Of a stretch of 64,000 nucleotides of DNA, positions 17,449-27,535 are shown piece by piece; within the stretch, counting starts at the first letter, position 1, and every line of letters starts with the position of its first letter. Both the position numbers and the translations under genes were made by a program. The notes under the pieces were generated by a model. It saw only the letters and a program-made list of their open reading frames with translations, ran no database searches and was not told where the DNA came from. Source of the stretch: a virus; the UHGV virus genome UHGV-1430452; one strand, given 5' to 3'.

Positions 17449-17573
17449 CGGTCTTCTATAGAAACGTTCTTTCACTTTTTCTTCATGATCTTCATTTGCA
17501 AATTTGCTATATCGTATCGATTTGTTTTTAGATATATCTTCTCTCATGAAACGCTTATCTTTATATTCTTTTG

Positions 17574-17843
17574 TCACTGTTGACTATCCCCTTTCATCGC
17601 CGAACATATACGGCAATCATTGTTAGCTGCTCCGAAACAACCCTCACATTTATCGGTGTTTGTGCAGTCGAGTAATCCTAAGAAAATATAAAGTTTCTTC
17701 ATACAATCATTGCATAGATCAAGTTCGTCTATTACACTGCGGTTTTCTCTCAATATAGCCACCTTTGATGGAACTTCTCCATTTTTTATACTCACATTCT
17801 TGTCGTAATAGTTTCCGCATCTATCACATTTCTTAGCTTTCAT
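17574..17843 (-). CDS. zinc-ribbon protein (89 aa)
   Basis: CDRCGN...CNDC...CEGC...CRIC. Confidence 0.6.
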   Translation of the reverse strand: MKAKKCDRCGNYYDKNVSIKNGEVPSKVAILRENRSVIDELDLCNDCMKKLYIFLGLLDCTNTDKCEGCFGAANNDCRICSAMKGDSQQ

Positions 17844-17895
17844 TTAAACCTCCATTTCACTATAAATAATGAAAAACGAAAAGAGTAGCACCCGA

Positions 17896-18171
17896 TTATT
17901 GAGTGCCACCCTTGTCAATAAAGTACCTGTTAAATATAAATTTACGATACTTGGCTAATACTTCATAAGCTTCATAATCTGTAGAATATCCATGCAGTAT
18001 CCTGTCTGAGAAATTCTCAATAACAACTTTGAATGTCAAATCTTCGCTTTTTCTAACGATTAAGATCTCCAATTTATCATCATTAGTACTTCTCACAAAT
18101 ACACCAGCATGAACTTTTTCCTTCAGTTTTTCATGTAAAGCTTTGCTGAAAATATAACCATAATCTGTCAT
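17896..18171 (-). CDS. hypothetical protein (91 aa)
   Basis: SD AAAAGGAG; motif upstream. Confidence 0.65.
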   Translation of the reverse strand: MTDYGYIFSKALHEKLKEKVHAGVFVRSTNDDKLEILIVRKSEDLTFKVVIENFSDRILHGYSTDYEAYEVLAKYRKFIFNRYFIDKGGTQ

Positions 18172-18199
18172 AAATTTGTTCTCCTTTTTACTGTATTTT

Positions 18200-18229
18200 C
18201 TATAAAGGAGTTTGTTTTATCCGCGAATA
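18200..18229 (-). promoter_or_regulatory. conserved promoter-like motif copy
   Basis: ctataaaggagtttgttttatccgcgaata. Confidence 0.55.
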
Positions 18230-18577
18230 TAACGCGAGCCGTGGAGAATGTTTCTTACGCGTACCATCTACTAACAGATTCATACACATCTACAAGTTCC
18301 TCGTAACCTAGTAGTCTAAGAAAATCACAAAGAATATCATCGGCATTCTCATGATCTTCTTCCGGATTCCCGGTAAAACAGTTGCATTTAATTCGCTCAA
18401 TTACTTCTGCTTCGTCAATCACAGTAAGTCCTCCTTTCTATTCATCCAATTCAAAATCGTCACATGCAGACTGATCAGGTGATACGTCAGTATAAGATCT
18501 ACGGCAATAATGTTCGCCAGTAGCCATATTGTATCGACAGTGCTTGCAATCTAAGCATTCATAGTATTTTTCATCAT

Positions 18578-19231
18578 TCATAACTCAACCTCAATAATTC
18601 TTTCTGGTTCAATGTCACTATCATCATCGATAAACACAGGCATAATCATACAAATACCAATACTTGTCTGAATAGTAATTGGTCTGCGTTTACCGTCAGG
18701 ATGATAAACCATAGCTTCTTTACCGTCATCGATAATTCCATAAGTCGCTTCCAACAATCCAATTTTGTAATAAGTACCGTCATAAAGCATTAGGTACTCA
18801 AACCCAGCTCCAACTTCTTTCTTAGTAAGTTTATAACCTCGACTCCTAGCCTCTGCAAATATCTTACTGAAATCTACTTTCCGTTTAATCCCCTCGAAAC
18901 TAATCAATCTAGTAACGTCAGGGTATTTCAAATTCTCCTTATCAAACAATTCGATTTCACCAATATCTTCGGTAGTTAATACCAAAGACCAAGAGTTAGT
19001 GAAAGAAATATAAGGTTTTCCTTCAAACTCAATTTCACAAGGCTTCTGGCAGCATTCTCTGGCATTGTTAGTATATGAGAAATACTTTTTCATAGCTGTG
19101 TAACGTTTCTTAGCATTCGGTTTAGACTTTAATGAATCTGCATAAATCTCGTCTTGTAATTTAGTCTTTAATTCATCAATCTTACCTTCATTAAGCATTT
19201 CCAATACTTTTACGCTTCTCATGGAAGTCAC
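18578..19231 (-). CDS. hypothetical protein (217 aa)
   Basis: co-directional ORF. Confidence 0.7.
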   Translation of the reverse strand: MTSMRSVKVLEMLNEGKIDELKTKLQDEIYADSLKSKPNAKKRYTAMKKYFSYTNNARECCQKPCEIEFEGKPYISFTNSWSLVLTTEDIGEIELFDKENLKYPDVTRLISFEGIKRKVDFSKIFAEARSRGYKLTKKEVGAGFEYLMLYDGTYYKIGLLEATYGIIDDGKEAMVYHPDGKRRPITIQTSIGICMIMPVFIDDDSDIEPERIIEVEL

Positions 19232-19274
19232 GTCCTTTAGTTATTTTGTCTCGGTCGTGCTAATAACTTATCGT

Positions 19275-19493
19275 TTATTGTTCTTTTCCTAATAAAATAC
19301 GCAATTCGCTAATTATCTGATCGCTCGTAACATCTCGATATGACCATGTACCAACCTCTTCTGGTAAAAATATAGTGGCCATAGTTGGACTTTTAATAAC
19401 GCCAAATAAGACGAGGATTTTATGGAGTTTACTGTTCATGCAGTTCTTTCTCCATAGATTCCATCGCCTTATATGCTTTATCAATTTATTCAT
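19275..19493 (-). CDS. hypothetical protein (~72 aa); track start trimmed to the SD-supported ATG
   Basis: SD TAAAGGAGGTGAG before ATG at 19493. Confidence 0.5.
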   Translation of the reverse strand: MNKLIKHIRRWNLWRKNCMNSKLHKILVLFGVIKSPTMATIFLPEEVGTWSYRDVTSDQIISELRILLGKEQ

Positions 19494-19507
19494 TAATCTC
19501 ACCTCCT

Positions 19508-19768
19508 TTATTTCGGAACCACAATCTTGTGTTTGCCTAACGAGTTCCTTAACACTTTCAATCCACAACTTTTAATTTGATCGAGTCCTTTGTTATACTC
19601 GACCAACTGAGCAGGATTTCCTCTCATATAAATAGCCCACATATCATCCAGGTTCTTCTCAAATTCCTGACGTCGAAACATGATTTCCATCATAAGGGTA
19701 TCCTTATATTCAGATGTGTTTTTATAAGCATCAAATACACCTCCAAAAATATCCTCAAACTGTCCCAT
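19508..19768 (-). CDS. hypothetical protein (86 aa)
   Basis: co-directional ORF. Confidence 0.65.
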   Translation of the reverse strand: MGQFEDIFGGVFDAYKNTSEYKDTLMMEIMFRRQEFEKNLDDMWAIYMRGNPAQLVEYNKGLDQIKSCGLKVLRNSLGKHKIVVPK

Positions 19769-19781
19769 TCACAGATCCTCC

Positions 19782-19997
19782 TTACACTCCATTAACAATC
19801 ATCGTATTAGGTCGTAAATACAAATCCCCATCCTCGGTTTCATCGAAGACAGGTTCACAACCGTTTTCAAAATGTGCTAGATTCAAATGTGATGGTAATA
19901 CCCAGTTACCGTTTTTCTCGTATACGATAACTCTGCCAGTCATACCGTCATAAATAACATTGGTGTGATCTTTGTCACTCATTTTTGCTCTCCTCAC
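19782..19997 (-). CDS. hypothetical protein (71 aa)
   Basis: co-directional ORF. Confidence 0.6.
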   Translation of the reverse strand: MRRAKMSDKDHTNVIYDGMTGRVIVYEKNGNWVLPSHLNLAHFENGCEPVFDETEDGDLYLRPNTMIVNGV

Positions 19998-20379
19998 TAA
20001 CGAGTTTGATTTTGTAACCGAGCTTCTTTTCGATTTCTGCTATAGTCATCTCTTGAGGCTTTTCTTTTAGAGTATTAATGACATAAGCTGCTTTTTCGCA
20101 TTTGAGAGTCACACCATTTTTTCTAACAGCTACATCATCTCGCAATAAGTCAAAAGTATCAGAATCACGATTGATATAATAATCTAAAATAGCCATAGGA
20201 CCTACATGAAAGTCATGTTTAATAATCGGTAAATAGTCTGTTCGAATCTCTAAATCTAATTTAGGAATAATAAGCTCATATACACCACGTTCAGTTTCGT
20301 ACTCGTACACCAGTTTTAAATATAAACGATTATCCTCTTCAAACACTTTACGTTCCTTTAAAACTACATTTTTATTCAT
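19975..20379 (-). CDS. hypothetical protein (134 aa)
   Basis: co-directional ORF. Confidence 0.65.
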   Translation of the reverse strand: MNKNVVLKERKVFEEDNRLYLKLVYEYETERGVYELIIPKLDLEIRTDYLPIIKHDFHVGPMAILDYYINRDSDTFDLLRDDVAVRKNGVTLKCEKAAYVINTLKEKPQEMTIAEIEKKLGYKIKLVSEESKNE

Positions 20380-20592
20380 TTATTTCTCCTTTCTAGTCAG
20401 CACCTTTTCAAATATCAATCTGCCTTTAAATTGTTGTTTTGTCATACAACTTCCGTCATCGTTATCTATTGGATTCTCTATAGTTTCTTCACACTCTTTT
20501 CGGAATGCACAATAAAGACATTCTCGAAGTCTATCTTTATCTTCATCACTAAGAGCACGGATTGCTTTAATGACACTTATCACTTCACTCAT
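20380..20592 (-). CDS. hypothetical Cys-containing protein (70 aa)
   Basis: co-directional ORF. Confidence 0.6.
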   Translation of the reverse strand: MSEVISVIKAIRALSDEDKDRLRECLYCAFRKECEETIENPIDNDDGSCMTKQQFKGRLIFEKVLTRKEK

Positions 20593-20594
20593 CT

Positions 20595-20762
20595 CTACCT
20601 CCTATTTTTCATCATCCGTTCGAAGTCGTTAATAACTTCTTGCTGATGATTGATGATTCCGATCAACTCATTTACTTTTTGAACCAGAATCTTATCGGTA
20701 TGTCCGTATTCGTCTGATACATACCAAGGTTTATTAAGTCTGTTGATTTTCTTTTTAGGCAT
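20595..20762 (-). CDS. small hypothetical protein (55 aa)
   Basis: missed by track; SD AAAAGGAGGG; stop within the next gene's SD. Confidence 0.5.
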   Translation of the reverse strand: MPKKKINRLNKPWYVSDEYGHTDKILVQKVNELIGIINHQQEVINDFERMMKNRR

Positions 20763-20802
20763 AATATCAACCCTCCTTTTTAAATCAGTCTCAGTTCCTT
20801 CA

Positions 20803-20845
20803 AACAGAAAACAAAAAGAGTCCTAATCATTTCTGATTAAGACCC
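20803..20845 (-). terminator. strong rho-independent terminator
   Basis: 12-bp stem GGGUCUUAAUCA/UGAUUAGGACUC (with G-U pairs), loop GAAA, then U-rich tract. Confidence 0.7.
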
Positions 20846-20982
20846 TTTCCAAGAATAAGAATAGAGTTGCGCAAATCTAATGCCTTCGCGAGGGGGCGGC
20901 TTTTACACCGAGGACAGTCGCAACATTAGATATCTCTATCCTAAGCATAACTAATCCCTATCCATTTAATTATGCAGTTTCT
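20846..20982 (-). ncRNA. candidate small non-coding RNA: promoter-like motif, ~135-nt GC-rich structured segment, then terminator
   Basis: only micro-ORFs; 8-bp inverted repeat ATCTAATG/CATTAGAT encloses a GC-rich core; bounded by motif 20983..21009 and terminator 20803..20845. Confidence 0.4.
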
Positions 20983-21009
20983 CATAATAGGAATTGTATT
21001 TATCGCGAA
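20983..21009 (-). promoter_or_regulatory. conserved promoter-like motif copy
   Basis: cataataggaattgtatttatcgcgaa. Confidence 0.55.
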
Positions 21010-21010
21010 T

Positions 21011-21036
21011 AAAGAAAAGCCCCGGATAGAGGGCTT
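21011..21036 (-). terminator. terminator hairpin immediately upstream of promoter motif
   Basis: stem AAGCCC/GGGCUU then UUCUUU. Confidence 0.5.
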
Positions 21037-21041
21037 ATCTA

Positions 21042-21398
21042 TTAAATCTTGTTTTTCTCTAAATAGAGTTCTTCAAGTTGTATAGTTAGTTCTTCTATCC
21101 GTGCTTGCCTTTCTGGAATTCTACTAAATTTATTAATGTTTATAGTATCATCCAATCTGCTTATAGATTCCTTTAACTCGTCAATTTCAAATATCACGCG
21201 CTTTATCTCTCTGTCGATACTTCTTTTTGCTACCGATGTAACCTTTCCTAGTCTAATGTCGATACTGTTCAGAATCTTAGTCTTATGATTCAACTTGCAT
21301 CCCATTATAACTAATCCAGTTCCGGCGACAGCTAATGATATCTCGATTTTATGCTCCTTGATATAGTCTTTAGCTTTGTTAAATTTTTCTTTCAGCAT
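21042..21398 (-). CDS. membrane-anchored coiled-coil protein (118 aa)
   Basis: TM LAVAGTGLVIMGC then coiled coil. Confidence 0.65.
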   Translation of the reverse strand: MLKEKFNKAKDYIKEHKIEISLAVAGTGLVIMGCKLNHKTKILNSIDIRLGKVTSVAKRSIDREIKRVIFEIDELKESISRLDDTININKFSRIPERQARIEELTIQLEELYLEKNKI

Positions 21399-21433
21399 AA
21401 TAAATACCTCCTTTAAATAACTTTAATGATTTC

Positions 21434-21460
21434 CATTAAAGGAGATGTTTACGACGCGAG
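21434..21460 (-). promoter_or_regulatory. conserved promoter-like motif copy
   Basis: cattaaaggagatgtttacgacgcgag; near-identical to copy at 22006. Confidence 0.55.
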
Positions 21461-21524
21461 ATTAACACTTTTAGAAAAAGAAACAAAAAGAAAGACCCCA
21501 GCATTTCTGCCAGAGTCTATCTCT

Positions 21525-21998
21525 TTAAATATAGTCCAATATGTTTCCATCCACATTGAAGTCTAATAATGCCGTATTCTTATAACCATTGATAAAATCG
21601 AAATTACATTCATTCATTAAACCAAAATCTACGAAATTGTCTCCAATAGGATTCTCCTCGTCATAAACCCAGCCAACAACTGCTCCTGCTTTTGTTCTCG
21701 GAATGCCTAACGTATCGTAGACATCATTCAGAAATAAATGTCCTCTTGATCTCAGCAAAACATTACAATATTTCTGCTGATCTTTCAAAAAGTTCATATT
21801 ATACTCTGGATCTTTAATCCACCCAATACAGCTATCATCGAAAAACCTAGCATATTGACTAAAGTTTTCGGTTTTGTCAACCCTGTTTCCTGGATACTCT
21901 TCTTCTGATTTCAGATTGAATAATTTCTTTAATTCCTCATCATCAATTTCAATAGTTACATTAATCTTCATAATTATTCTCCTTTCAAATATAAACAT
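21525..21998 (-). CDS. hypothetical protein (157 aa) sharing a ~110-aa domain with the C-terminus of 44029..44967
   Basis: FFDDSCIGWIKDPEYNMNFLKDQQKY...GDNFVDFG...LLDFNVDGNIL aligns by eye with 44029 C-terminus. Confidence 0.7.
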   Translation of the reverse strand: MFIFERRIIMKINVTIEIDDEELKKLFNLKSEEEYPGNRVDKTENFSQYARFFDDSCIGWIKDPEYNMNFLKDQQKYCNVLLRSRGHLFLNDVYDTLGIPRTKAGAVVGWVYDEENPIGDNFVDFGLMNECNFDFINGYKNTALLDFNVDGNILDYI

Positions 21999-22005
21999 AT
22001 TGTTT

Positions 22006-22032
22006 CATTAAAGGAGATGTTTACGACGCGAG
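22006..22032 (-). promoter_or_regulatory. conserved promoter-like motif copy
   Basis: cattaaaggagatgtttacgacgcgag. Confidence 0.55.
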
Positions 22033-22136
22033 TTATTTATGAAAGCCGATATCGCCGGCAATAGCAAATAAACCAGCAGCTATAATTAATGCAGGTTCAC
22101 TTGTCGCAAGATACAAAAATATTAATATTCCAGAAA

Positions 22137-23423
22137 TTACCCATCCCATTTACACCACCGCCTTTCATTAAATTTTCGCTTTTCATGCAGAGCTCTGGAT
22201 ATTGCTAGGTCAATACCACTCCTACTTTTTAGATGATAGTAATATAAATCTATGAATGGAGAATTAAGTCTATCGATCCTACCCTTTGCCTGGAGTAATG
22301 TCTTGTATGAATATGTTTGCGAATAAAATACGATACAGTTTGTTTTAATGCAATTGAAACCCTCGGCTCCTGCTGAATAATTTACCAGATAAATCCACTT
22401 CTCGCTTTCTGGTATAGCATCATGCTGGTGTCCGTTATATTCTGCAATAACCACATCTTCTCCATAATATAGATTCTTCAAGATATCCAGTTCGTAGTCG
22501 AATGAATAGAACACAATCATTCTTGGATGTTGTTCAAATATCTCTAATAGTTTTATCTGGCGTGATTCATCTGAATTAACGATTCTACGTAGAACATAGC
22601 AAAGCCCAGAAGCTTGTTGGATAGGTTCTTGTTTAAAAGGATCAAAACGAGTTCTAATAGCTTGCTTGTATTTATGGATGTCGTAAGTAGCCGAAATATC
22701 AATGTCATGAGGTACCGTATGTCTCTCGAAATCCATATCAATAAGAATCCGATCTCTTAAACGAATCAATCTCGTCTCATTACGATAACCTTCAACACTA
22801 GGATACTTTGTCCAACGAGAATATATAATGTGCTCTTGCCTGAATTCCGTTCTATTACGAAAGAATCCATTAGCCACAAATACCGTTTCGTAATCTGACC
22901 AATTATCACCTGGACTAGCTGATAGTATGATCCATTCGTTAAATTTAGCTATCTTTAAAAAAGCTTTACACCATGCGCCTTTACCAGTTAGCTTATCTTC
23001 GTCAAATATAAATACAGCATCTCGAACATCTGCATATTTCTTTATGCATTGCCAACTATCGATAAATATTTTGTTCCCATATCTAGTCTTTTTAGTATCT
23101 GGATCAGGATATAAAAGAAACGGCATCAATTCTTCTTCCCATTCAAGATCATTTTTTTTCTTTGCTGTGCTGATAATGTATAAATCTGGTGGATTAGGTT
23201 TCATTGGTTTGTACTCTTTATTACCTATGTATCCTCCGTTTTTAGAGAAATACCAATACAAAGCAGTTCTAGATTTCCCAGAACCTGTGCCACCGTTAAG
23301 AATGCAACCGCTGAACATACGATCTATAGCCTGCTGTTGATGTGGATAGAGAAAATCCGTTTTGGTTTGAGTTTTGTTGTAAGAAATAGTATGTCGATCT
23401 TTATAGCTCACTTCCAAAATCAC
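22137..23423 (-). CDS. SF2 helicase (DEAD/DEAH-like NTPase)
   Basis: motif I GTGSGKS, motif II IFDEDK, motif III SAS, motif VI QAKGRIDR. Confidence 0.75.
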   Translation of the reverse strand: MILEVSYKDRHTISYNKTQTKTDFLYPHQQQAIDRMFSGCILNGGTGSGKSRTALYWYFSKNGGYIGNKEYKPMKPNPPDLYIISTAKKKNDLEWEEELMPFLLYPDPDTKKTRYGNKIFIDSWQCIKKYADVRDAVFIFDEDKLTGKGAWCKAFLKIAKFNEWIILSASPGDNWSDYETVFVANGFFRNRTEFRQEHIIYSRWTKYPSVEGYRNETRLIRLRDRILIDMDFERHTVPHDIDISATYDIHKYKQAIRTRFDPFKQEPIQQASGLCYVLRRIVNSDESRQIKLLEIFEQHPRMIVFYSFDYELDILKNLYYGEDVVIAEYNGHQHDAIPESEKWIYLVNYSAGAEGFNCIKTNCIVFYSQTYSYKTLLQAKGRIDRLNSPFIDLYYYHLKSRSGIDLAISRALHEKRKFNERRWCKWDG

Positions 23424-23605
23424 TCATCCTCCTTACCACTACCGGTCAACTTCCTATACAACTCCATGGCCTCTTCTCCCTGAAAAGCATTCAAAATATC
23501 GATAGTCTCGCCTTTCTTTTTCTTACCAACGACTAAAATAGCTGTATCAGGTCCGCCTTTCATATCAAAATCAACTGATACTAAAATAGAATCTGTTATT
23601 CTCAT
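23420..23605 (-). CDS. hypothetical protein (61 aa)
   Basis: co-directional ORF, 4-nt overlap. Confidence 0.6.
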   Translation of the reverse strand: MRITDSILVSVDFDMKGGPDTAILVVGKKKKGETIDILNAFQGEEAMELYRKLTGSGKEDE

Positions 23606-23865
23606 AATTCGTCCTCCAAATTTAATCTCGGAAAATGTTTATCTAATAGCTCCAAAAGTTTTTCTGCACATTCTGGACACATGTCTAGCCGTAAATGTTT
23701 GTGTCTATTATTTCTATCCTTGATAGTGAGCGATAACCAAGATTCATCATAAATAGGATCTAACGCAATTTTTTCGTCAATGACATGGTCAGCCTCAAAC
23801 CGTATCTTACACATATCGCAAGTATGTTTGATTTTTTTAAATTTTCTTCCTAAATCTGTCGCCAT
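23602..23865 (-). CDS. zinc-finger protein (87 aa)
   Basis: CDMC...CPEC pairs. Confidence 0.6.
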   Translation of the reverse strand: MATDLGRKFKKIKHTCDMCKIRFEADHVIDEKIALDPIYDESWLSLTIKDRNNRHKHLRLDMCPECAEKLLELLDKHFPRLNLEDEL

Positions 23866-23937
23866 TTAAGTTACTCCCTTCTAAAATATAAACAAAAAGA
23901 AAGAGAGTCCAAATTAATGAACCCTCTCCTCCTGAAA

Positions 23938-24099
23938 CTATTCTTCAGTTTTGTTCTTCACGTTATGTCTCGTTTTCGTCACAGATCTCACTGTCTTGCA
24001 AACGTATCGTCCGATGCTCTCAACCACTACTCCCATTGCGAACATACCCCACACTGGAATATCAATTGTTTTGTCACCTTTCTTAATATGCATGTTCAT
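23938..24099 (-). CDS. small membrane protein (53 aa)
   Basis: missed by track; SD AAAGGAG; hydrophobic core. Confidence 0.45.
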   Translation of the reverse strand: MNMHIKKGDKTIDIPVWGMFAMGVVVESIGRYVCKTVRSVTKTRHNVKNKTEE

Positions 24100-24147
24100 A
24101 ATCTGTTTCTCCTTTCATTGTTTGAATTTAACTTTTATGTATAGTTT

Positions 24148-24174
24148 CATAATAGCAAGTGCGAATATCGCGAA
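24148..24174 (-). promoter_or_regulatory. conserved promoter-like motif copy
   Basis: cataatagcaagtgcgaatatcgcgaa. Confidence 0.5.
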
Positions 24175-24215
24175 TTTTTATGAGCGTGTATTTGATATGT
24201 ATTTTGCGCGAAATA

Positions 24216-24848
24216 TCAATATGGAATCTTCCACTTGCCTCCTACTTTCACAGCTCCTGGATGCAACCCCTGTCTACACTGTTTCTGAATTGTAGCTTTT
24301 GTACAACCTAATTTTTCAGCGAGTTCTTCTGCGGTAAGCATGATTACTTTTCTTTCTTCTGTATTGTCCTTGTTAACCGCGATCGAAAGTTTTGGTATAG
24401 TTAAATTATTAAGTGCTTGTTTTAATTCATCCAAAGCCGATAATTCTTCCTCCTCTTTTTCTTCCGGTAACCATTTCTTAAATACTTCATAATAGTTACC
24501 CTTATTTCCAAGAGCCTTCTTAGCAATTGCCATAGCCAGACCTTTCTCCGGATCGTAAATATCATCTTCTCCTGATTTTACGATAGTCTTAGTTCCATCT
24601 TCCCACAGAACTACAGTTACCGGATCATTGAAATATACTTTCTTAATTGTCATAGTGTTTTCTCTCCTCTCTGAACTTTCAACTCCAAACATTTTATTCA
24701 GAGCATGTTTAGCTAACATTTTCATTTCTTTATCAATATCCATAGCAAGTACCGGATTTATTAAAGTATTAGACTCGTAATGACTCCATCCGACACACCC
24801 CCTACATGCATAGGTGTTTTTATTTTTACATCCATAACAACTCAACAT
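24216..24848 (-). CDS. DNA-binding protein with N-terminal Cys cluster and C-terminal excisionase/MerR-type HTH
   Basis: LTAEELAEKLGCTKATIQKQCRQGLHPGAVKVGGKWKIP resembles HTH_17. Confidence 0.65.
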   Translation of the reverse strand: MLSCYGCKNKNTYACRGCVGWSHYESNTLINPVLAMDIDKEMKMLAKHALNKMFGVESSERRENTMTIKKVYFNDPVTVVLWEDGTKTIVKSGEDDIYDPEKGLAMAIAKKALGNKGNYYEVFKKWLPEEKEEEELSALDELKQALNNLTIPKLSIAVNKDNTEERKVIMLTAEELAEKLGCTKATIQKQCRQGLHPGAVKVGGKWKIPY

Positions 24849-24988
24849 AATTTTATTTTCCTTTCTTAAATATCAATCTTTTACATAATGAAGACCCTCC
24901 CAAACTACGAGAGAGCCAAGTTACTCAAACGGATTATCTACCTTTGGCATTGTAAATCCCACTACGCATCACCTCACTTTGTTTTTTT

Positions 24989-25171
24989 TTATTCGTAAGC
25001 AGACATTTTTACAAAAGATTCGTCATGTTTGTTAAACTGTATGCTAGCATGACAATATGGTCCGTAAACTTCGATATATACATGTTTCGGATCAATACAT
25101 TCATAATAGCTATTTTCGTATTTGACACCCCATTTATTTAACCATTCTTTCCATTGTTCTAGATCTGTCAT
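24989..25171 (-). CDS. hypothetical protein (60 aa)
   Basis: co-directional ORF. Confidence 0.55.
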   Translation of the reverse strand: MTDLEQWKEWLNKWGVKYENSYYECIDPKHVYIEVYGPYCHASIQFNKHDESFVKMSAYE

Positions 25172-25206
25172 AATATTATTCTCACTTTCTAAATATCAAC
25201 TCTAAC

Positions 25207-25761
25207 TTAAAACTCAAACGGAATTTGTTCTACATCCCCGCCCTGAACAGTAACGCTCTGCATTAGCTGTCCAGTCTCTTCGTCGTAAAATAAATCATCC
25301 AAGAAATGATCAATGTCATCTTGAACGTCCTGGTCTGCCATTCTCATAACTTCATAGCCTTCAAGACCGATATGACGACGGAGTTTCTTCAAAACAGTAG
25401 CAGTCCATCTTCTGAATTTACGAGCTTCAAGTTTCTTACTAGAATATAAAGCTTCATATATACCGATCTCATTTACCGCCAACATCCAACGGTATCTATT
25501 TTCCCCTTTTGATCTATCCACCTTTGAAAGGTGATCAGATGATTCGTTATACCTTAAAGGTATATCAGATACGTCTACTCTAACTCTCATCATCATATCC
25601 GGATCTAATCTCTGAGATACTTTGAATGTTTTAAGTTCCAAAGCATTACAAATATCTTTCAGGATAGCCCACCATTCACCATCCTGCTCGATAAATCTAA
25701 TATCATATCCCATCCAATTCTCTGTTCTCATTTCGCTCATATTATTCTCCTTTCCTACCAA
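25207..25761 (-). CDS. Bro-N domain antirepressor-like protein
   Basis: YDIRFIEQDGEWWAILKDICNALEL resembles Bro-N. Confidence 0.65.
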   Translation of the reverse strand: MVGKENNMSEMRTENWMGYDIRFIEQDGEWWAILKDICNALELKTFKVSQRLDPDMMMRVRVDVSDIPLRYNESSDHLSKVDRSKGENRYRWMLAVNEIGIYEALYSSKKLEARKFRRWTATVLKKLRRHIGLEGYEVMRMADQDVQDDIDHFLDDLFYDEETGQLMQSVTVQGGDVEQIPFEF

Positions 25762-25966
25762 AACTTCACGTTACGAATCTTTCCACAGATCTTACACCGA
25801 CATCTAAATATGCCTACTTTAAAACCGCAGTAGTCGTAATAAATATCATGCGGTTTGTCTTCGAGTTTTTCCCATTCGTGAATATGAAACATACTATACC
25901 TCTCCTTTCTTATCAAAAATCCCACACTGATAAAATTTTAGTTAAAATAAAAAAAAAGAGGCCAGA

Positions 25967-27535
25967 CTATTTAGCCAAGCCCCTTTCGTTTAGTGCATCC
26001 TCAACTGCGGAATATCGATCTGAGTTAAGTTGCTCTAATAAGCACTCTAGCGGATCGGTGTTATTACTAAGCACCATATTGGTAATAATCGGACTAAATC
26101 CACTTACTAAAGCAACTCCTAGATCGTTCTCTTTTACTGGGATGGTTCCTGTTCTGCTACAAATGTTCCAGAATATCAATCTAGGAAGTTTATAGCCGTA
26201 CTGAGAGTAACGATCTGATATCGTATTAAACAGTGTTTTACTCGGTCTGATATTGCTCCATCTTGAACCTCCTTCGCAACTAGCACAGCTATCAAATTCC
26301 ATATCTGATAAGATAAGTATGTTTTTAGGAATGTCGTTCTGTGACATGTTATTGTTGATTGCTGTTTTGAGAATAAGTTCAAATACAGCTTCGATGTTTG
26401 TGTTAGCCACCTCGTTGTATCTCCTGGCAATTTCGATCTTTTCTCTCAAAGATTCTCCGTTACTAAGATCTACTAAACGAGGATTCATGCTGAATGTAAT
26501 ATATTTGTCTCTGAATTCACCAGAACTTCTTTCAGAAAAATATATTGCAAGAGCATTGGCTACCTCTAAAGCTGTTACACTTGTTCCGCCGACAGGACAG
26601 TCCATACTACCCGATCCGTCCGCAACGCAAATTGTGTTACCGTCTCCGTTTACATAATCGGGAAGTGCTTTCCACAATTCTTCAAGTGTAATGTCATCTT
26701 TACCTTTGAGTTTATTCCCGTACCAAAATTCACCCCGATCAAAGTATTTATGTACAATATCATGCGGGAATAGTACACCAGCATTGATTTTCGTCTCGCC
26801 TTTCTGCAAACTCGCTAAGTAACTACTTCTCCTTTCCTCATCGTTCTTCATAAACGCATTACCATATATAATATTGGCTCTTGATGGAACCGCAGAATAA
26901 TCAATCTTTGACCATTCTTTCTTACACATACTAACTTCCACAACTTTTAAATATGCACGAAGATCCGAAAGCATTTTACGATAGGATTTCTCGTTAATAA
27001 ATAACTTCTGAATCATAAGACGTGCTAGTCGTTTTGTCTCTTTAGACGAAGTGTTTGCAGACGGCATCCATTTAGCTAATAAAGAAATAGGCTCTCCTAG
27101 AGATCTCTTCCTTATATCACTTGTCAACTGTGTAGATACAATTGATACAACGTAGTCTGAAACGTCAGTGTCTAATAAACACCATAAATCATCCCATCTA
27201 CCGTATTCCGGAACCAACGGAATGATTGCCTTTGATATATCGGCATGTTTTTCGGATAGATACTTAAGACAATATCTGAATAATCTTCTTTCTCCGAGAC
27301 CTTCTCGTACATCTCTGGCATAGAACAACCACTTGATAGCAAGCTGTTTGTTTTCGTAGAATGTCTTTACAAACTTGTCTACGATTTCTCCCTCGTCCAT
27401 ATTTCGCATGGATGTTACTGAAAAGTTGATGTCAAGAAGTTCTTTACCAGTAGTACGGTAACCAACTGCTCCATTTTCAGTAAGGCTTGTGTTGAATTCA
27501 TCATTGATTGTTTCTTTCAGATTGTTCATAAACAT
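25967..27535 (-). CDS. vWA-domain protein with MIDAS motif (522 aa); possibly TROVE/Ro60-like or DUF2828-type
   Basis: ICVADGSGSM is a DxSxS MIDAS motif; helical N-terminal region; family assignment tentative. Confidence 0.7.
   Translation of the reverse strand: MFMNNLKETINDEFNTSLTENGAVGYRTTGKELLDINFSVTSMRNMDEGEIVDKFVKTFYENKQLAIKWLFYARDVREGLGERRLFRYCLKYLSEKHADISKAIIPLVPEYGRWDDLWCLLDTDVSDYVVSIVSTQLTSDIRKRSLGEPISLLAKWMPSANTSSKETKRLARLMIQKLFINEKSYRKMLSDLRAYLKVVEVSMCKKEWSKIDYSAVPSRANIIYGNAFMKNDEERRSSYLASLQKGETKINAGVLFPHDIVHKYFDRGEFWYGNKLKGKDDITLEELWKALPDYVNGDGNTICVADGSGSMDCPVGGTSVTALEVANALAIYFSERSSGEFRDKYITFSMNPRLVDLSNGESLREKIEIARRYNEVANTNIEAVFELILKTAINNNMSQNDIPKNILILSDMEFDSCASCEGGSRWSNIRPSKTLFNTISDRYSQYGYKLPRLIFWNICSRTGTIPVKENDLGVALVSGFSPIITNMVLSNNTDPLECLLEQLNSDRYSAVEDALNERGLAK

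Noticed and set aside
20861-20940. GC-rich element as attP or cos site
   Set aside because: Far from the integrase and bracketed by a promoter motif and terminator, so a transcribed RNA element is the simpler reading; no direct evidence either way.
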